Below, in pieces: positions 1 through 12,475 of a stretch of 64,000 nt of DNA. Position 1 is the stretch's first letter; each line of letters begins with the position of its first letter. Under the pieces are notes generated by a model that saw only the letters and a program-made list of their open reading frames with translations, did no database searches and was not told the origin of the DNA. The translations under genes and the position numbers were made by a program. The DNA is from Octopus vulgaris (Eukaryota): contig OX597823.1 in the NCBI GenBank assembly GCA_951406725.2, forward strand, positions 104,408,001-104,472,000, read 5' to 3'.

Positions 1-1164
1 CTCTAGGATCTCCCACATCATTGCCACCAGCCCCTCTCCCATTTTCTCTTCCCAGTTTGCCCCTTCTGCTCATCTCTTGATGTAGCTGCTGCATGCTGTC
101 CACAGCCACCCTGTGATTGGGTAGTGTCCCATGAGACTCCCATACTTGAGAATAGCTCCCTCCCACTGACGCTGGTACCCAGTTCCAGGATCTCGTTCCC
201 CCTCCGGAACACCAATGAACCTGTTTTGTCTCTTTGAAGCTTGAGTCCCAGTGTGGCTCCTCCAACCATTGGCTCTGGTGACTTCACGATCAGCCTGAAC
301 ACCATGAGGTGACTTACAACCGCTGTGGCAGACACTACAGTCTCATCTACCAAGATGTCATCTATATAGGAATTGGTAGCCCTTCTTATCCTGTCCACCT
401 TTCCCAGGATAGACTTCAGCACTGTTGCCATGATCTTCAGTGCGGAATTTGGCCGGCAACCCAACCTAGTCAAACAGTATGTCTGGCCCTTGTATCACAC
501 CAGCTGATACTGCCAGTTTCTTGTTCACATGGAGCTGCAAAAATTCCGACTTCAAGTCAACAATCATTGCTGCTCTTGTCATCTGTCTCCACTTGCTCAG
601 TGTCTCACCACAAACACCAGTCACCTCACCATTTGTGTGGCACAATACATGGCCATTCATCTCCCAAAAGTCCAGTACTGGCCTGACTTTGCCCTTTGTT
701 GGCTGCACCACTGCCATTAGTGGTAGCACTCCGCTCACCACCTCCTCCTTCCACAGGATAAGGACACCCTCCTTAATCCACCTCTCTACCTCTCCTTCAA
801 ACTCACACCTAGCATGTCCCTTCAAGATATGATGGTAGCAGCTCAGCCTGTTCTTTGGCATCGGGGTCTCCCCTTTCCAACACCATTCTACCATCCACCA
901 CTGACTGTCGAACACCACCCGAAGATCTTTGTCCTCAACAAAGTAAGCAGTACAGTTCCTCACAGAGCTCTGCTCCCTCTCATGTTGCAGACTCATGGTG
1001 CATGACACCCTTGCACTACCAAACAAAACCATGTCTCCACCAACACTGATACCTCCAAGGCAGTTGATTGCATATATCCCCATCACCACGTTAATTCTAT
1101 CTACCACATGGTCAATCACAATCGCCTGCAACCTCAGTGTCATGCCTTGCACCACAATCTCCAC
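1..1164 (-). mobile_element. Degenerate Ty3/Gypsy-type LTR retrotransposon pol fragment (protease C-terminus + RT), frameshifted, runs off the window
   Basis: ORFs 466..1164 and 18..473 carry VVMGIYAINCLGG (protease end), LPLMAVVQPTKGKVRPVLDF, IVDLKSEFLQL and the catalytic YIDDILV. There is a frameshift between the two ORFs. Confidence 0.85.
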
Positions 1165-1410
1165 ATCACTGCTACCCTTACAGCCAATCTAGTTGCCATC
1201 AATCACCTGAAAACCACTCATCCATTTCCATTTCCATTTTTTTTATCACCCTAAAGCATGAACATAAGAAGCTTCAAACCAGAACCAAACTATATCACCA
1301 GTCTATGACTATGTATAAACAGTGAAAAAACTACTTTCTGGTATGCCATGCCACAATGATGCATTCATAAGAATATATTCAATTATGAATTGGAAGCAGT
1401 GCTAGTGTTC

Positions 1411-1760
1411 TAAACATTATCAAATGCACATACTCAATGCATATGTTTTGCTGGTTTGCTGTGTTTAAGTACCTGGAGGATGACATCATTGCACTGGATG
1501 TTAAAACACCTAAAAATCACAGACTTTCGTCTCCATTTCAATTCAGGTACATGATATTGATAAGCCACAAAAATGGTGAAATATCAGTATCCATCATTCC
1601 TGAATGGAGCCTGGGATGAGTTGTCTGTCCTGCCTGTCTTTGAGTTTCAGATGTTTTAACATCCAGTGCAATGAAGGGCTCATTCTTCAGGCACTTTACT
1701 GCAGTGAGCCATCGAACAAGTAAAACATATACATTGAGTATGTCTGATTGATAATGTATA
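1411..1760. mobile_element. Fold-back MITE with ~110-bp imperfect terminal inverted repeats
   Basis: acattatca..catactcaatg..cattgcactggatgttaaaacac (1413-1524) is the reverse complement of tgttttaacatccagtgcaatg..cattgagtatg..tgataatgt (1637-1757). TA lies on both flanks. Confidence 0.8.
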
Positions 1761-2049
1761 CACACACACACACACACATACACACACACACACGTGCACA
1801 CACAAATCCTTTGCTTTATGGAAGTAATGTATCCCTGAAAATCTGACCCTAATTAATCAAGTGAGATTTATCAAGTGAGATTTGCATTCCTACAGATTTA
1901 TTTGAAAAAAAAAAAAAAGGGGCACAAGAAAACAAAACAGAACAAGCAACATGATCCCTTTCGTACATGGAAATAACATTTTCTAAACATACACAGTACA
2001 AAACAAATATAAAAACAAGAAAAACATTTTCAGAGGAATACATTTGAGA

Positions 2050-2884
2050 ATGGATACAAATTGTGGCATAACTACAGATGTATAACCCACTGACTTTGTT
2101 GCTTCATAACTTCCAGAAAAATGGATACTTTTTAACGAAATTTTCAGTAAAAATTCGCTTGGATCCTGTAGATTGAGTGTATGTAAAGATTTGCTGGAAA
2201 AAATTTTTACTGAGGGGCTGAGAAGAGGGTTTTTGGAAAATCCACATGACCCAACATTTTCTCCCTTATAACTTTCAGGAAAATGGGTATTTTTTAATGA
2301 AGTTTTATACAAATACCTTTCAAATGGTGTAGATCACGATCACAAAGATATTTGTAAGATTGTTTGGAGGAGGCGGGGAGAGGAGTTTCCGGAAAATGGA
2401 GTTTTTTGGATCAGATGGCCCACATAAGTCAGAATTTCTCCATTTTGATAGGGATTTTGGTTAATATTTACTTTAGTACCTGGTCACCAAAAAAAAAACA
2501 AAAAAAAAACTAGTGCAATATCATTAAAAGATATCCATTTTCCTCAAAGTTATGGGGGAAAAAAATTGGACCTTGTGAATTTTCCGAAAGTCCTCTCCCT
2601 ACACCCTCAGAAAAGATTTTCCCCGCAAATTTCTTTATAATTGTAATCTATGCCGTTTGAAAAGTATTTATATAAAATTTCATTGAAAAATCCATTTTCC
2701 TAAAAGCTATGAGGGAAAAACTCAGATCTTGTGAATTTTCCGAAAGTCCTTTCCTCCACACACCAGTTGGTTTGCGCACATTTTCGTTTTCATATTCATT
2801 TCATATGCTGTTTTTACACCTGTTGCACTAGTTTTTTTTTTTTCTGTTTCATTTTGGTAACCGGTACTAAAGTAAACATTAACC
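2050..2884. mobile_element. Non-autonomous DNA-transposon-like repeat with ~160-bp internal subrepeats in both orientations
   Basis: ggttaatatttactttagtacc..actagtgcaa (2459-2519) is inverted at ttgcactagt..ggtactaaagtaaacattaacc (2823-2884). The atccattttcc..ttgtgaattttccgaaagtcct unit occurs twice inside and in reverse at 2100-2400. Confidence 0.6.
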
Positions 2885-3412
2885 ACCCTTTCTACTATAG
2901 GCACAAGGCCTGAAATTTGGTGGGAAGGGGATAGTCTATTACATTGATCCTAAGTACTCAACTGATGCTTGTTTTATTGACCCCAAGAGGATGAAAGGAA
3001 AAGTCAACCTCAGCAGAATTTGAACTCAGAACAAGAAGATGGACGAAATACCCATTTCTTTACTACCCACAAGGGGCTAAACACAGAGGAGACAAACAAG
3101 GACAGACAAACGGATTAAGTCAATTATATCGACCCCAGTGCATAACTGGTAATTATTTAATCGACCCCGAAAGGATGAAAGGCAAAATTGACCTCAGCAG
3201 AATTTGAACTCAGAACGTAGCGGCAGACGAAATACCACTAAGCATTTCCCCCAGTGTGCTAACATTTCTGCCAGCTCGTCGCCTTACAAAATACCACTAA
3301 GCATGAAAGGCAAAGTCAACCTTGGTGGAATTTGAACTCAGAACATAGTAACAGACGAAATACCACTAAGCATTTGGCACAGCATGCTAATGATTCTGCC
3401 AGCTCACCGCCC
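2885..3412 (-). mobile_element. Cluster of tRNA-derived Nin-domain-like SINEs (family B), 3 partial/full copies
   Basis: Repeated gaccccgaaaggatgaaaggcaaagtcaacctc..gaatttgaactcagaac..ctgccagctcaccgcc. The reverse strand has a tRNA-like head with a B-box (gagttcaaattcc). Confidence 0.85.
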
Positions 3413-3851
3413 CAAACCAACAACAGGTGACCTACATGGTACTCATAGTATTAAGAAAGAAAAAATAATGTATAAATAAAAAAATTAAAAGTAATAATTT
3501 CTCTATTTAAAAATAAATTTATTTGAGTGATAGTGGAAGTAAAATTAAAAATAAAAATTGAAATAAGAACAAACTGAAGATAACATTTATCAAACAAAAG
3601 AAATAAAATATTTCATATTTATAGATATATGTGTGTGCACATACTAAAACATGCACACATACACATAGACACCGATAGATATCCAGATCAATAGATACAA
3701 ATACATATGTATACACAGACATGTATGTATACATATGTGTTTTGATGAAGGCAAAAAAAAAAAGACAAACATGCATATATACTCACAGATATTGTTGCTG
3801 AAACACATCCATATATGCACATAAACATAAACACAGATACACACACACACA

Positions 3852-4230
3852 GTGCCAAGAGCACCATCTGAGTGTGATTGTTACCAGAGCGGCTAACTGG
3901 CTTCTGTGCCGGTGGCACGTAAAAGGCACCATTCGAGTTTGATCGTTACCAGCATCACCTTACTGGCACCTGTGCCGGTGGCATGTGTAAAAAGATTCAA
4001 GCGAAGGCATTGCCAGTACCGCCTGACTGGCCCCCATGCCGGTGGCACGTAAAAAGCACCCACTACACTCTCGGAGGGGTTGGCATTAGGAAGGGCATCC
4101 AGTTGTAGAAACTCTGCCAGATCAAGATTGGAGCCTGGTGCAGCCATCTGGTTTGCCAGCCCTCAGTCAAAATCGTCCAACCCATGCTAGCATGGAAAGC
4201 GGACGTTAAATGATGATGATGATGATGATG
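3852..4230 (+). mobile_element. 3' end of RTE LINE family (3'UTR repeats + (GAT)n tail)
   Basis: gtgccggtggcacgtaaaaagcacc units, then ggcattaggaagggcatcc and ccaacccatgctagcatggaaagcggacgttaaa(tga)n. Same organisation as the 3'UTR at 29026-29500. Confidence 0.85.
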
Positions 4231-4327
4231 AAATATATCCATACTCGTATATGCATACATACATACATACATGCATGCATACATAATATTTGCATATAAT
4301 AAGTAATTGATAATGAACACGTCCATC

Positions 4328-4502
4328 CAGTCGGCACTACAATACTATGATTACGTTTTATCACATAATCGTTGGTCTGCAAAGATAGTACTGGGGATCC
4401 GTGAACCTGTTAAGCTGACAGACCCTTCAATATCCTAGGCTCCATGAGAAAACTCATTTAAATAAAAGGGGTCCTTGGTCGTGGAAAGGCTGGGAATCAC
4501 TG
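4328..4502. mobile_element. Probable hAT-type (MER5-like) short non-autonomous element
   Basis: Ends in ggggtccttgg..aaaggctgggaatcactg and has internal ggggatccgtg. The left TIR is poorly conserved. Confidence 0.4.
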
Positions 4503-4821
4503 TAACAGAAAATTGTCGTGAAAGTTTCCTTATTGAGAAAAAAATATGAATGAGCCAATGAACAGAAAACAACTTGATAGATCAATTTGCCAAGTTATCA
4601 ATGCCAAAATGGCAATTATTGAATTTTAATATATCACCATGGTTACATACATACATGTGATATTCTTGGAAAAAGAGTGTTATGCCTAAATATAGTTAAC
4701 AGTGTGTATTCCCACATTGGTATCACTATTTGAAGTTTCAGCAGAAGATATATCTGGAGATATATCCAGACATATACTGGACAATCAGTAGATGCCTGTC
4801 TATTAAATATGTATACATATT

Positions 4822-5225
4822 GGCGCAGGTGTGACTGTGTGGTAAGGAGCTTGCTTCCCAACCATATGGTTCCAGGTTCAGTCCCACAGCATGGCACCTT
4901 GGACTAGTGTCTTCTCTTATATCTTCAGGCCGACCAAAGAGAAACATTGATCAGGATGGATTTGATGCCTTAGGGATAAATGTCAATTACTTCATTTTTT
5001 ATATATTCTTTTATTTTTTTACTTGTTTCAGTCGTTTGATTGTGGCCATGCTGGAGCACTGCCTTGAGGGGTTTCAGTCGAACGAATCAAAGCCAGGATT
5101 TATTTCTTAAGCCTAGTACTTATTTTATTGGCCTTTTTGCTGAACTGCTAAGTTATGGGGACATAAACAGACCAAAACAGGTTGTGTGATGCTGATGGGG
5201 GAACAAACACAGATACAAAGAAACA
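4822..5225. mobile_element. Two fragments of CORE-type tRNA SINE (family A), opposite orientations
   Basis: Head ggcgcagg..ggttcagtccc..ggcaccttgg at 4822-4940 (+). Tail ttacttgtttcagtc..ggccatgctggagcac at 5019-5225 (-). Confidence 0.8.
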
Positions 5226-5586
5226 CATGCAATTTCAATTGCATACGGATGCACAATTACAATGGATTCTCAAGGCACACTTTATCATAACTTTATCTGT
5301 AATGGGTTATCTGTAACCCGTTACAGATAACTTTGTGTGTGTGTGTGTGTGTGTGTGTGATCTGACTATAAAATGTTGTGTAATAAGTATACAGATATAG
5401 AATCAAACGACTTTTTGAAATGCCAAATAGCACAAATCACATGAAATATTATTACAATACTGGTCAGCTTTAATCAATATGTGTTGAAACGCTTGCACAT
5501 GTAAAATACATGTACATAAAATGCACATTATATTGTACAAGTTCTTCTCACTCCACCAGAGATTACAAACAAAAAAAAATAAAACG

Positions 5587-5624
<38 letters not shown>

Positions 5625-5800
5625 TTAACATCTGTTTTGCATGCTGGCATGGGTTGAATGGCTTGACAGGAACTGGGAAGGCTGGGATCTACACCAGGTT
5701 CCATTGTCTGCTTTGGCATGGTTTCTACAGTTGGATGCCCTTCTTAATGCCAACTACTTTTCAGAGTGTCCTGGGTGCTTTTATGTGGCACCAGTACCAT
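5587..5800 (-). mobile_element. RTE LINE 3' tail fragment
   Basis: (atc)n followed by tttaacatctgttttgcatgctggcatgggttg..ggatgcccttc. Confidence 0.8.
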
Positions 5801-5923
5801 TGCTTTTAATGTATAGATGTATATGTATATATGTATATATATATAGATGTATATGTGTATATAAGTATATATATATATCTATATGTATATATGTATAAAT
5901 ATATATATATGCATATATATTGT

Positions 5924-6212
5924 GGCACTCTATCGATTACAAAGACAAGGGTTCCAGCTGATCCGATCAACAGAACAGCCTGCTCATGAAATTAATATGC
6001 AAGTGGCTGAGCACTCCACAGACACATGTACCCTTAACGTAGTTCTCGGGGAGATTCAGCGTGACACAGAGTGTGACAAGGCTGGCCCTTTGAAATGCAG
6101 GCATAACAGAAACAGGAACAAAGAGTGAGTGAAAGAGTACAGCAGGGTTGACCACCACCCCCTGCTTGGAGCCTCACGGAGCTTTAGGTGTTTTTGCTCA
6201 ATAAACACTCAC
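5924..6212 (-). mobile_element. tRNA SINE family C, 5'-truncated
   Basis: Reverse complement of 23960-24255 (acagcctgctc..cccttaacgtagttctc..ggagctttaggtgttt). Confidence 0.85.
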
Positions 6213-6229
6213 AACATTCTTCTTTAAAT

Positions 6230-6440
6230 CTTCCTTGAGTCTTGCTTGCATTATTCTGGCCTCTTCAAATGCTTCCACTCCACTCCACACTTCTGGTCAT
6301 CATCTAGCTCGATCCGAAGCAAGGGTTTCTATGTCTTTGGATCCATTCCAAGTGACTTCATGGTAGTCCTTATGCAGTCCTTAAACCTCTTTTTAGGTTT
6401 ACGCCGATAGCTTTTCCCCTCTGCAATCTCACTATAAAAC
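6230..6440 (-). mobile_element. Degenerate RTE LINE ORF 3' fragment (different subfamily)
   Basis: Minus strand translates to FYSEIAEGKSYRRKPKKRFKDCIRTT, a typical RTE C-terminal motif. Confidence 0.65.
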
Positions 6441-6569
6441 ACACACACACACACATGCAAGTCTTGCCTTCGGCATTTTTCAGGGCCCTATATCACATTC
6501 GCTAACATCTTGTAACTTAATCTTGAAGTGTTGTTTGATTATAATGGGTATCTTTTTTTTTTTTCATAG

Positions 6570-6745
6570 AGTGCAGGTGGGAGGGTGTGGTTAAGAAGTT
6601 TGCTTTCCCAATGGCATGGTTTCCATCTCAGTTTCCACCGTGTGACACTTTGGTGGTGGTGAGATTTTCTGTATAGCATCAGGGCTACCAAGGGCTTGTG
6701 TGTAAAGTAGTAGACAGAAACTGAAAGAAGCTTATCACACATGTA
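6570..6745 (+). mobile_element. Degenerate SINE family A head
   Basis: gtgtggttaagaagtttgct..agacagaaactgaaagaagc, followed by a (GT)n(CT)n(AT)n run at 6766-6907. Confidence 0.7.
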
Positions 6746-6842
6746 TGCATGTATGTACATGTAGGTGTGTGTGTGTGTGCATGTGTGTGTGTGTGTGCAT
6801 GCGTGTGTGTGTGTGTGCATGCGTGTGTGTGTGTGTACATAG

Positions 6843-6909
<67 letters not shown>

Positions 6910-9357
6910 AGCAGTATTGCTTGTGCATTCTATGCACGTGCGAATTAAGCTGAACTTGGATGAAGTTCAATCAAAATTCAATTATTTTGGTTTTAAAATC
7001 AAGCATTTAATGCGCTCTATTTTTGCGTTTATGTGTTCCATTTCCTCAATAGGAAGTATGTAGAAGCATTTCATAAATTTTTGTTGATCAAATAATTGCA
7101 TTGTTGAATTATTCTTTCAGATCAGTATTTCTCAGGGGAAAGTTTCAGTGAGTTGCTGGCGATGTATCGTGATGATCAAAAATCCGGCCTGCTAAAATTT
7201 GGTTAAAGTGATTCAAACTGCAGACTCAACGCAAAATGGTCACATTTAATTCAAAGCGTTAAAAATGTTATGAAAACAATTGGTATGTGTTCACAAAGTC
7301 CAAACGAGTAATACGAAAAAACCCTCCAGGCTACATCCTGAAAATTCATTTCTTTGCCGAATCTCTACAATGTTTACGGAGATTCGTTTTTATATCTTGA
7401 TTTTTTTAATTTTTCATGCAATTTACACATGCTTGCATGCGTGGTGAACACAGTTCACGTCAAACAGCTGATTGAGTAAAGTTCACTATTCAATGCATGG
7501 GATAAGGCCTAAACAAACACATTATCGAGTTTTGCACTTGCGAGATGAATTTCGGAACAGAAATAGCGCAGTTCAATTTTCATTCGCCTAAACTTTAAGT
7601 GACCCATTTTTGGTGGATCTACGATTTGTTGGCTAGGAGGAGATGTGATGGGAAGTTAAACACACAGACACACAAGTTGAGTTTTATATATATAGATAAA
7701 TGGCAATTTCTGTCTGTTATCATCTTGCTGCCTATACCAGTGAACTAATCTTCACAAAACATTGCATGCATGTTAAACTAACATCTAGTTCAATTATAGG
7801 CTAATTAGATTTCAATAAAAATCGATAATGGGGCTCCACAGTGGTTGGGCTATTATATGATAAAATGAGGAGGGTGCAAAGAGTGTTAGGTTGATGGAAA
7901 TATGATGGCGTAATGAGGGAGGCTGATATCAGGGAAAGAGAAAAGACAGGAAGAGTCAGAGAGAGAGGGAATGTGAAAGACAGAGAGAGAGAATGAGAGA
8001 CAGGGACAGAGTGGGAAAGAGGGAATGTGTTCACTGAAGGGATCAGTGAGTTTTAAAACTCTGTTCTTTAATTTTTATATATCAGTTAACACATGCGTTT
8101 TAGTGAATTAACTATCGTATGCTCAGTCAAAACTTTTATAATATGTCCAACAACAGATGTAAAACTAACAAGTGCAAGGTAAAGTGTTTTTATATTTGTT
8201 TTCAAATCACTGTATTAAGATTTATTAAAACTTTACCGATCTACTGAAACAATAAAACTATAGCTAATGTCTTTCATTTTGTTCCAATGCTAAAACTGTT
8301 TCATTCTTAAGACAAATTGAAAAATAACACTCAACTCAAACTAGAAGACATAAGGCTATAAAAACATCCACCGGAGGTGTTTCTTTACATTGCACCTTCA
8401 ATACTATTCATATGGAATTTTACATCATCTCAAGATTCAAATGGTTCAGAAAAATGTTCAATTCCATCTTCCAGTTTTCAAAATAACCGTAAAGTTTTCC
8501 ATCGGGTACTACTACTACTACTACTACCACCACCACCACCACCACCACCACCACTACTACTACTATATATATATATATATCAGAGGCGACTCTAGGTCAT
8601 CAGCATCGCTCAGGCTCATCACAGATTTCACATAAGATACATGCCTGCTTGCCTGCTCGAGGAATTTCACGATTTTCCACAACATTTCTAGCCCCAAATG
8701 CCTTATTTTTCATATCTATCACTATGTCTTTCTCCATTTCAAAGTTAAGGGTAAAAATAAAAACCCTGAAAAACACAAGTGATCTTTACTCGCAGACGCA
8801 CAGAATAACCAGCAATCAAATAACGACGGCAGAGTGCACAACAAGCATCAATGATCTGACTGTCACCTATACTCTTGACAAATGATGTCAGTCAGTTTTT
8901 TAAACCTGCCAAGCTTGTTTGTATTAGCCAGAGTTGTTGGAATAATTTTTCATTCCTTTAAGAATATTGTTGAATGGAAACTTTTCATAGATTGGAATTT
9001 AAATCCTAATCTCTATAGAAATTTATTGTTTCAAGAAAAAATTGAATTTGAATTAGTTTTAATTTTTACGATTATAGATAATAACTTGGGCTGTAACTTC
9101 TGAGCCCGAGTTAGGCACGTGTGAATGTTGTTGAGAGAAAGTCTGCTACGAATGATATCTTTTGACACAGGGCACCTCTAAGATGACCACCAGATGCTGA
9201 ACAAAAGTAAATAAAGTGTGACCAGACTGAATAAGCAGAGCCCGAGGTATTGGCTGCAATTATATACTTGAAGTCAGTGTTGGCAGAAATAAAATCAGCT
9301 TCATTTATGCTCAGTCTAAGCCAGAACAGCCCAAGTGCCAGACTCGCCACCTATTAT

Positions 9358-9402
<45 letters not shown>

Positions 9403-9409
9403 TATATAA

Positions 9410-9592
9410 TGGAAGGTTTACGAAAATCAACAAAAGACGAAGGCAGGTGGAGTACAAACAAATAATGTATTAGTATGGCGCTCAGGAATAGAAATAAAAC
9501 AAGACTTTTACGTTTCGAGCCTACGCTCTTCGACAGAAAGATACACAGAAAAGAAACAAGGAGAAAAAAATTGCGTGTAGGGGCTAACGATC

Positions 9593-9597
<5 letters not shown>
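9410..9597 (-). mobile_element. Penelope-like terminal fragment between (TA)n arrays, with hammerhead-like motif
   Basis: Homologous to 47240-47420 and 30330-30525. Minus strand reads ctttctgtcgaagagcgtaggctcgaaacgtaaaag. Confidence 0.55.
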
Positions 9598-9641
<44 letters not shown>

Positions 9642-9872
9642 TAAATCATAGGGTAGCAAAAAATATTTTAGAAAAATTCTTTGCTACCAGTGGGCTAGCA
9701 AGAATGAAAAATTAGTCAATAGACTATATATTATTCATAGAAAAAATACAGTGTACATTTAAACACATAAGAGATGTCCATGGAGAAGTGGGTGATGATG
9801 ATGGTGGTGGTTGTAGTGGTGGTGGTGGAGGTGGTATTTGTGCGACACGAATGTAAATCAACTTGCTTGTAC

Positions 9873-9919
<47 letters not shown>

Positions 9920-10171
9920 TCTCCCTCTCTCTCAACTGTTATTATATTGGTCGTTGTTGTTTAGCGCCAAGTCATCTCTGATTAACATGGTCCACACACA
10001 ATCACACAAGCTGTCCAACTAAATTACTGAAGTGAGCACAACAGTGTTCTCATAGAAAATTGGGCAACAATGTTAATCATATTTCTTGGCTTTGTCATTT
10101 TCTTTTGGAGATTGTTTCAAAAAGTGTTTTAACTAGGACTGGCCTGTTTATTTTGAGATATCTAGGAATAT

Positions 10172-10528
10172 AGTGTCTGTGGCACGTAAAAAGCACCAAC
10201 CGATCGTGGCTGTTGCCAGCCTCCCCTGGCACCTGTGCCAGTGGCATGTAAAAAGCACCATCCGTATGTGGTCGATGCCAGCACCACCTTGACTGGCTTC
10301 CGTGCCAGTGGCACATAAAAAGCACCAACTGATCGTGGCCGTTGCCAACCTCCCCTGGCACCTGTGCCGGTGGCATGTAAAAAGCACCCACTACACTCAC
10401 GGAGTGGTTGGCGTTAGAAACACTGCCAAATCGGACTGGAGCCTGGTGCAGCCTCCTGGCTTCCCAGACCCCGGTCAAACTGTCCAACCCATGCTACCAT
10501 GGAAAACGGACGTTAAACGATGATGATG
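10172..10528 (+). mobile_element. RTE LINE 3'UTR fragment with tandem ~60-bp units
   Basis: Four gtggcacrtaaaaagcacc units, then tccaacccatgctaccatggaaaacggacgttaaac(gat)n. Confidence 0.85.
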
Positions 10529-11803
10529 AGACTAAAACATGCTTGAAAGATGAGAGGGTGGGGCTGGCATCGGCACTAACCATTCCCACAATAATATTCA
10601 TCATGCAAGTTGTTTAGCAAGCCAAAACACCAGCATTAACACCACCACATCTTCATAAGTCCAGTGATGACAGGGAAAGAGGCAACAAGGATAGGTAGAG
10701 GATGCTATTGGAAGTATTCAGCTTTGACACTGAATACAGGTGGTCATAAGATGATGATCATTTTCCACAGATCTGGGGGAGATGTCGATTTTGTGCCTCA
10801 GTTGTATTTTGTTGAGTCTTCATTCATCAAAGTAACAAGAGTGTCCACAACTATCTAGGAATACATCTCAAAAGATAAACAGAAAGTGAATTTGATATTT
10901 TTCCGTTTTTAAGTAGCTAAAATGGTTCCTATATGATGTAATTGCTCCATGTTCGACTTAGGTTCTCAGATCAAGTCGCATGCTTGGCAAGTACAACTTC
11001 AAAATTATCAATGCGTCCTTCTCTTTATCAAGAGGGTAGAGGGTAATTTGAGTGAGGTTTGCTTGCTATTTCATGCACATGATAAAAAGTAAATAAAAAA
11101 TGTTTGACTGAAACTACTTTCTAAACACTAAAACATTTATAGCAAGCAAAAACAAACTGAAAAATACTTATCAAAATTAAATTTTGAAATTGAAATAAAA
11201 TTTTTTTTAAAATCAGGACAAATCAGTTTCAAAGCATTCTTTTGGAACTCCAAGCCAATTGTTTGAAAACCAGGATGAATCCTAGTTAACTCATCTTATC
11301 TGCATGGTTTGGTCCTTATCTCCAGTTTTTGTATCATTAAGTTGAGGAAAGAGAAATCTTTGCTCTGGATAAGATGCAAGAGTCTCTTACAAATAACTTT
11401 ACTCTCAAGAGGAAGAATTGACCTCAGTATTGAAAGCTATCATGTCCCTTGCCAAATCATTGCTATTAAAGCTTCTCCTGTTTGGGTGTGAACTGTTTTA
11501 AGACTGTGGTTTATTTATAAACACGTAATCTGAGTCACCAGGAAAATTCCAGTGCTTGGGCATGTTGGGCTTGTTCATTGTGGACGATTTTTACAGTGTT
11601 TTCCCCAGATTTGAATAACAAAAACGAGAAAAACAAGAGCAACAAGACAACCATGAGCAAGAGCAATCACAACCACAAAGGAATGGTCGTCCAACCTGCT
11701 AGAAATAATAGCCAGAACGCATTCAAATCACACTACCATCTAAAATATGACACAGATAAAATAGTCCAAGATACAATGTACCGAGAGAGAGAGAGAGAGA
11801 GAG

Positions 11804-11838
<35 letters not shown>

Positions 11839-11986
11839 GCTGGAATGTCTGATCACACGGCTGTTCAATCACAGCTGACCTAAAACTAAGCAACAACAAG
11901 TATTATTACAATAACAACATCGACTTTACACAAGGAAATTATTTCACTAACAGTATTATTCGTCATATGTACATGACTTGTAATTT

Positions 11987-12301
11987 CAGACGGACGGACA
12001 CGGATGAGTGGATGGCAATCCTTCGATATTTACGTCAAAGAATCACCTGTGTGACACACGTGGAAATAATGTAGAGTAGTGATTAAGCTGGATTGAGAAT
12101 TATATATATATATACACACACACATACATACACACACGCACACACATTTTTATATACACACACACACATATATATATATACACACACACACATACACATA
12201 TATATATACATAAATACATACACATGCGTGTGTGTGTTTTATGTATGTATGTATGTACAGACGGACGGACACGGATGAGTGGATGGCAATCCTTCGATAT
12301 T
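11987..12301 (+). repeat. Perfect 44-bp direct repeat flanking an (AC/AT)n tract
   Basis: cagacggacggacacggatgagtggatggcaatccttcgatatt at ~11987-12030 and ~12258-12301. Confidence 0.9.
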
Positions 12302-12475
12302 GGTACAGGACGTCACTCACCCAAACGACCGTTCCTTATAAAGTAGATAAAGAGATGAACCTAAAATAGGAGAATGATGTCTTCTCATATATATACGTTT
12401 TCATGCTGATGCTTCACAACCTCTACTGACAGAACACACACACACACACACACTCATACATGCATACACACACGT

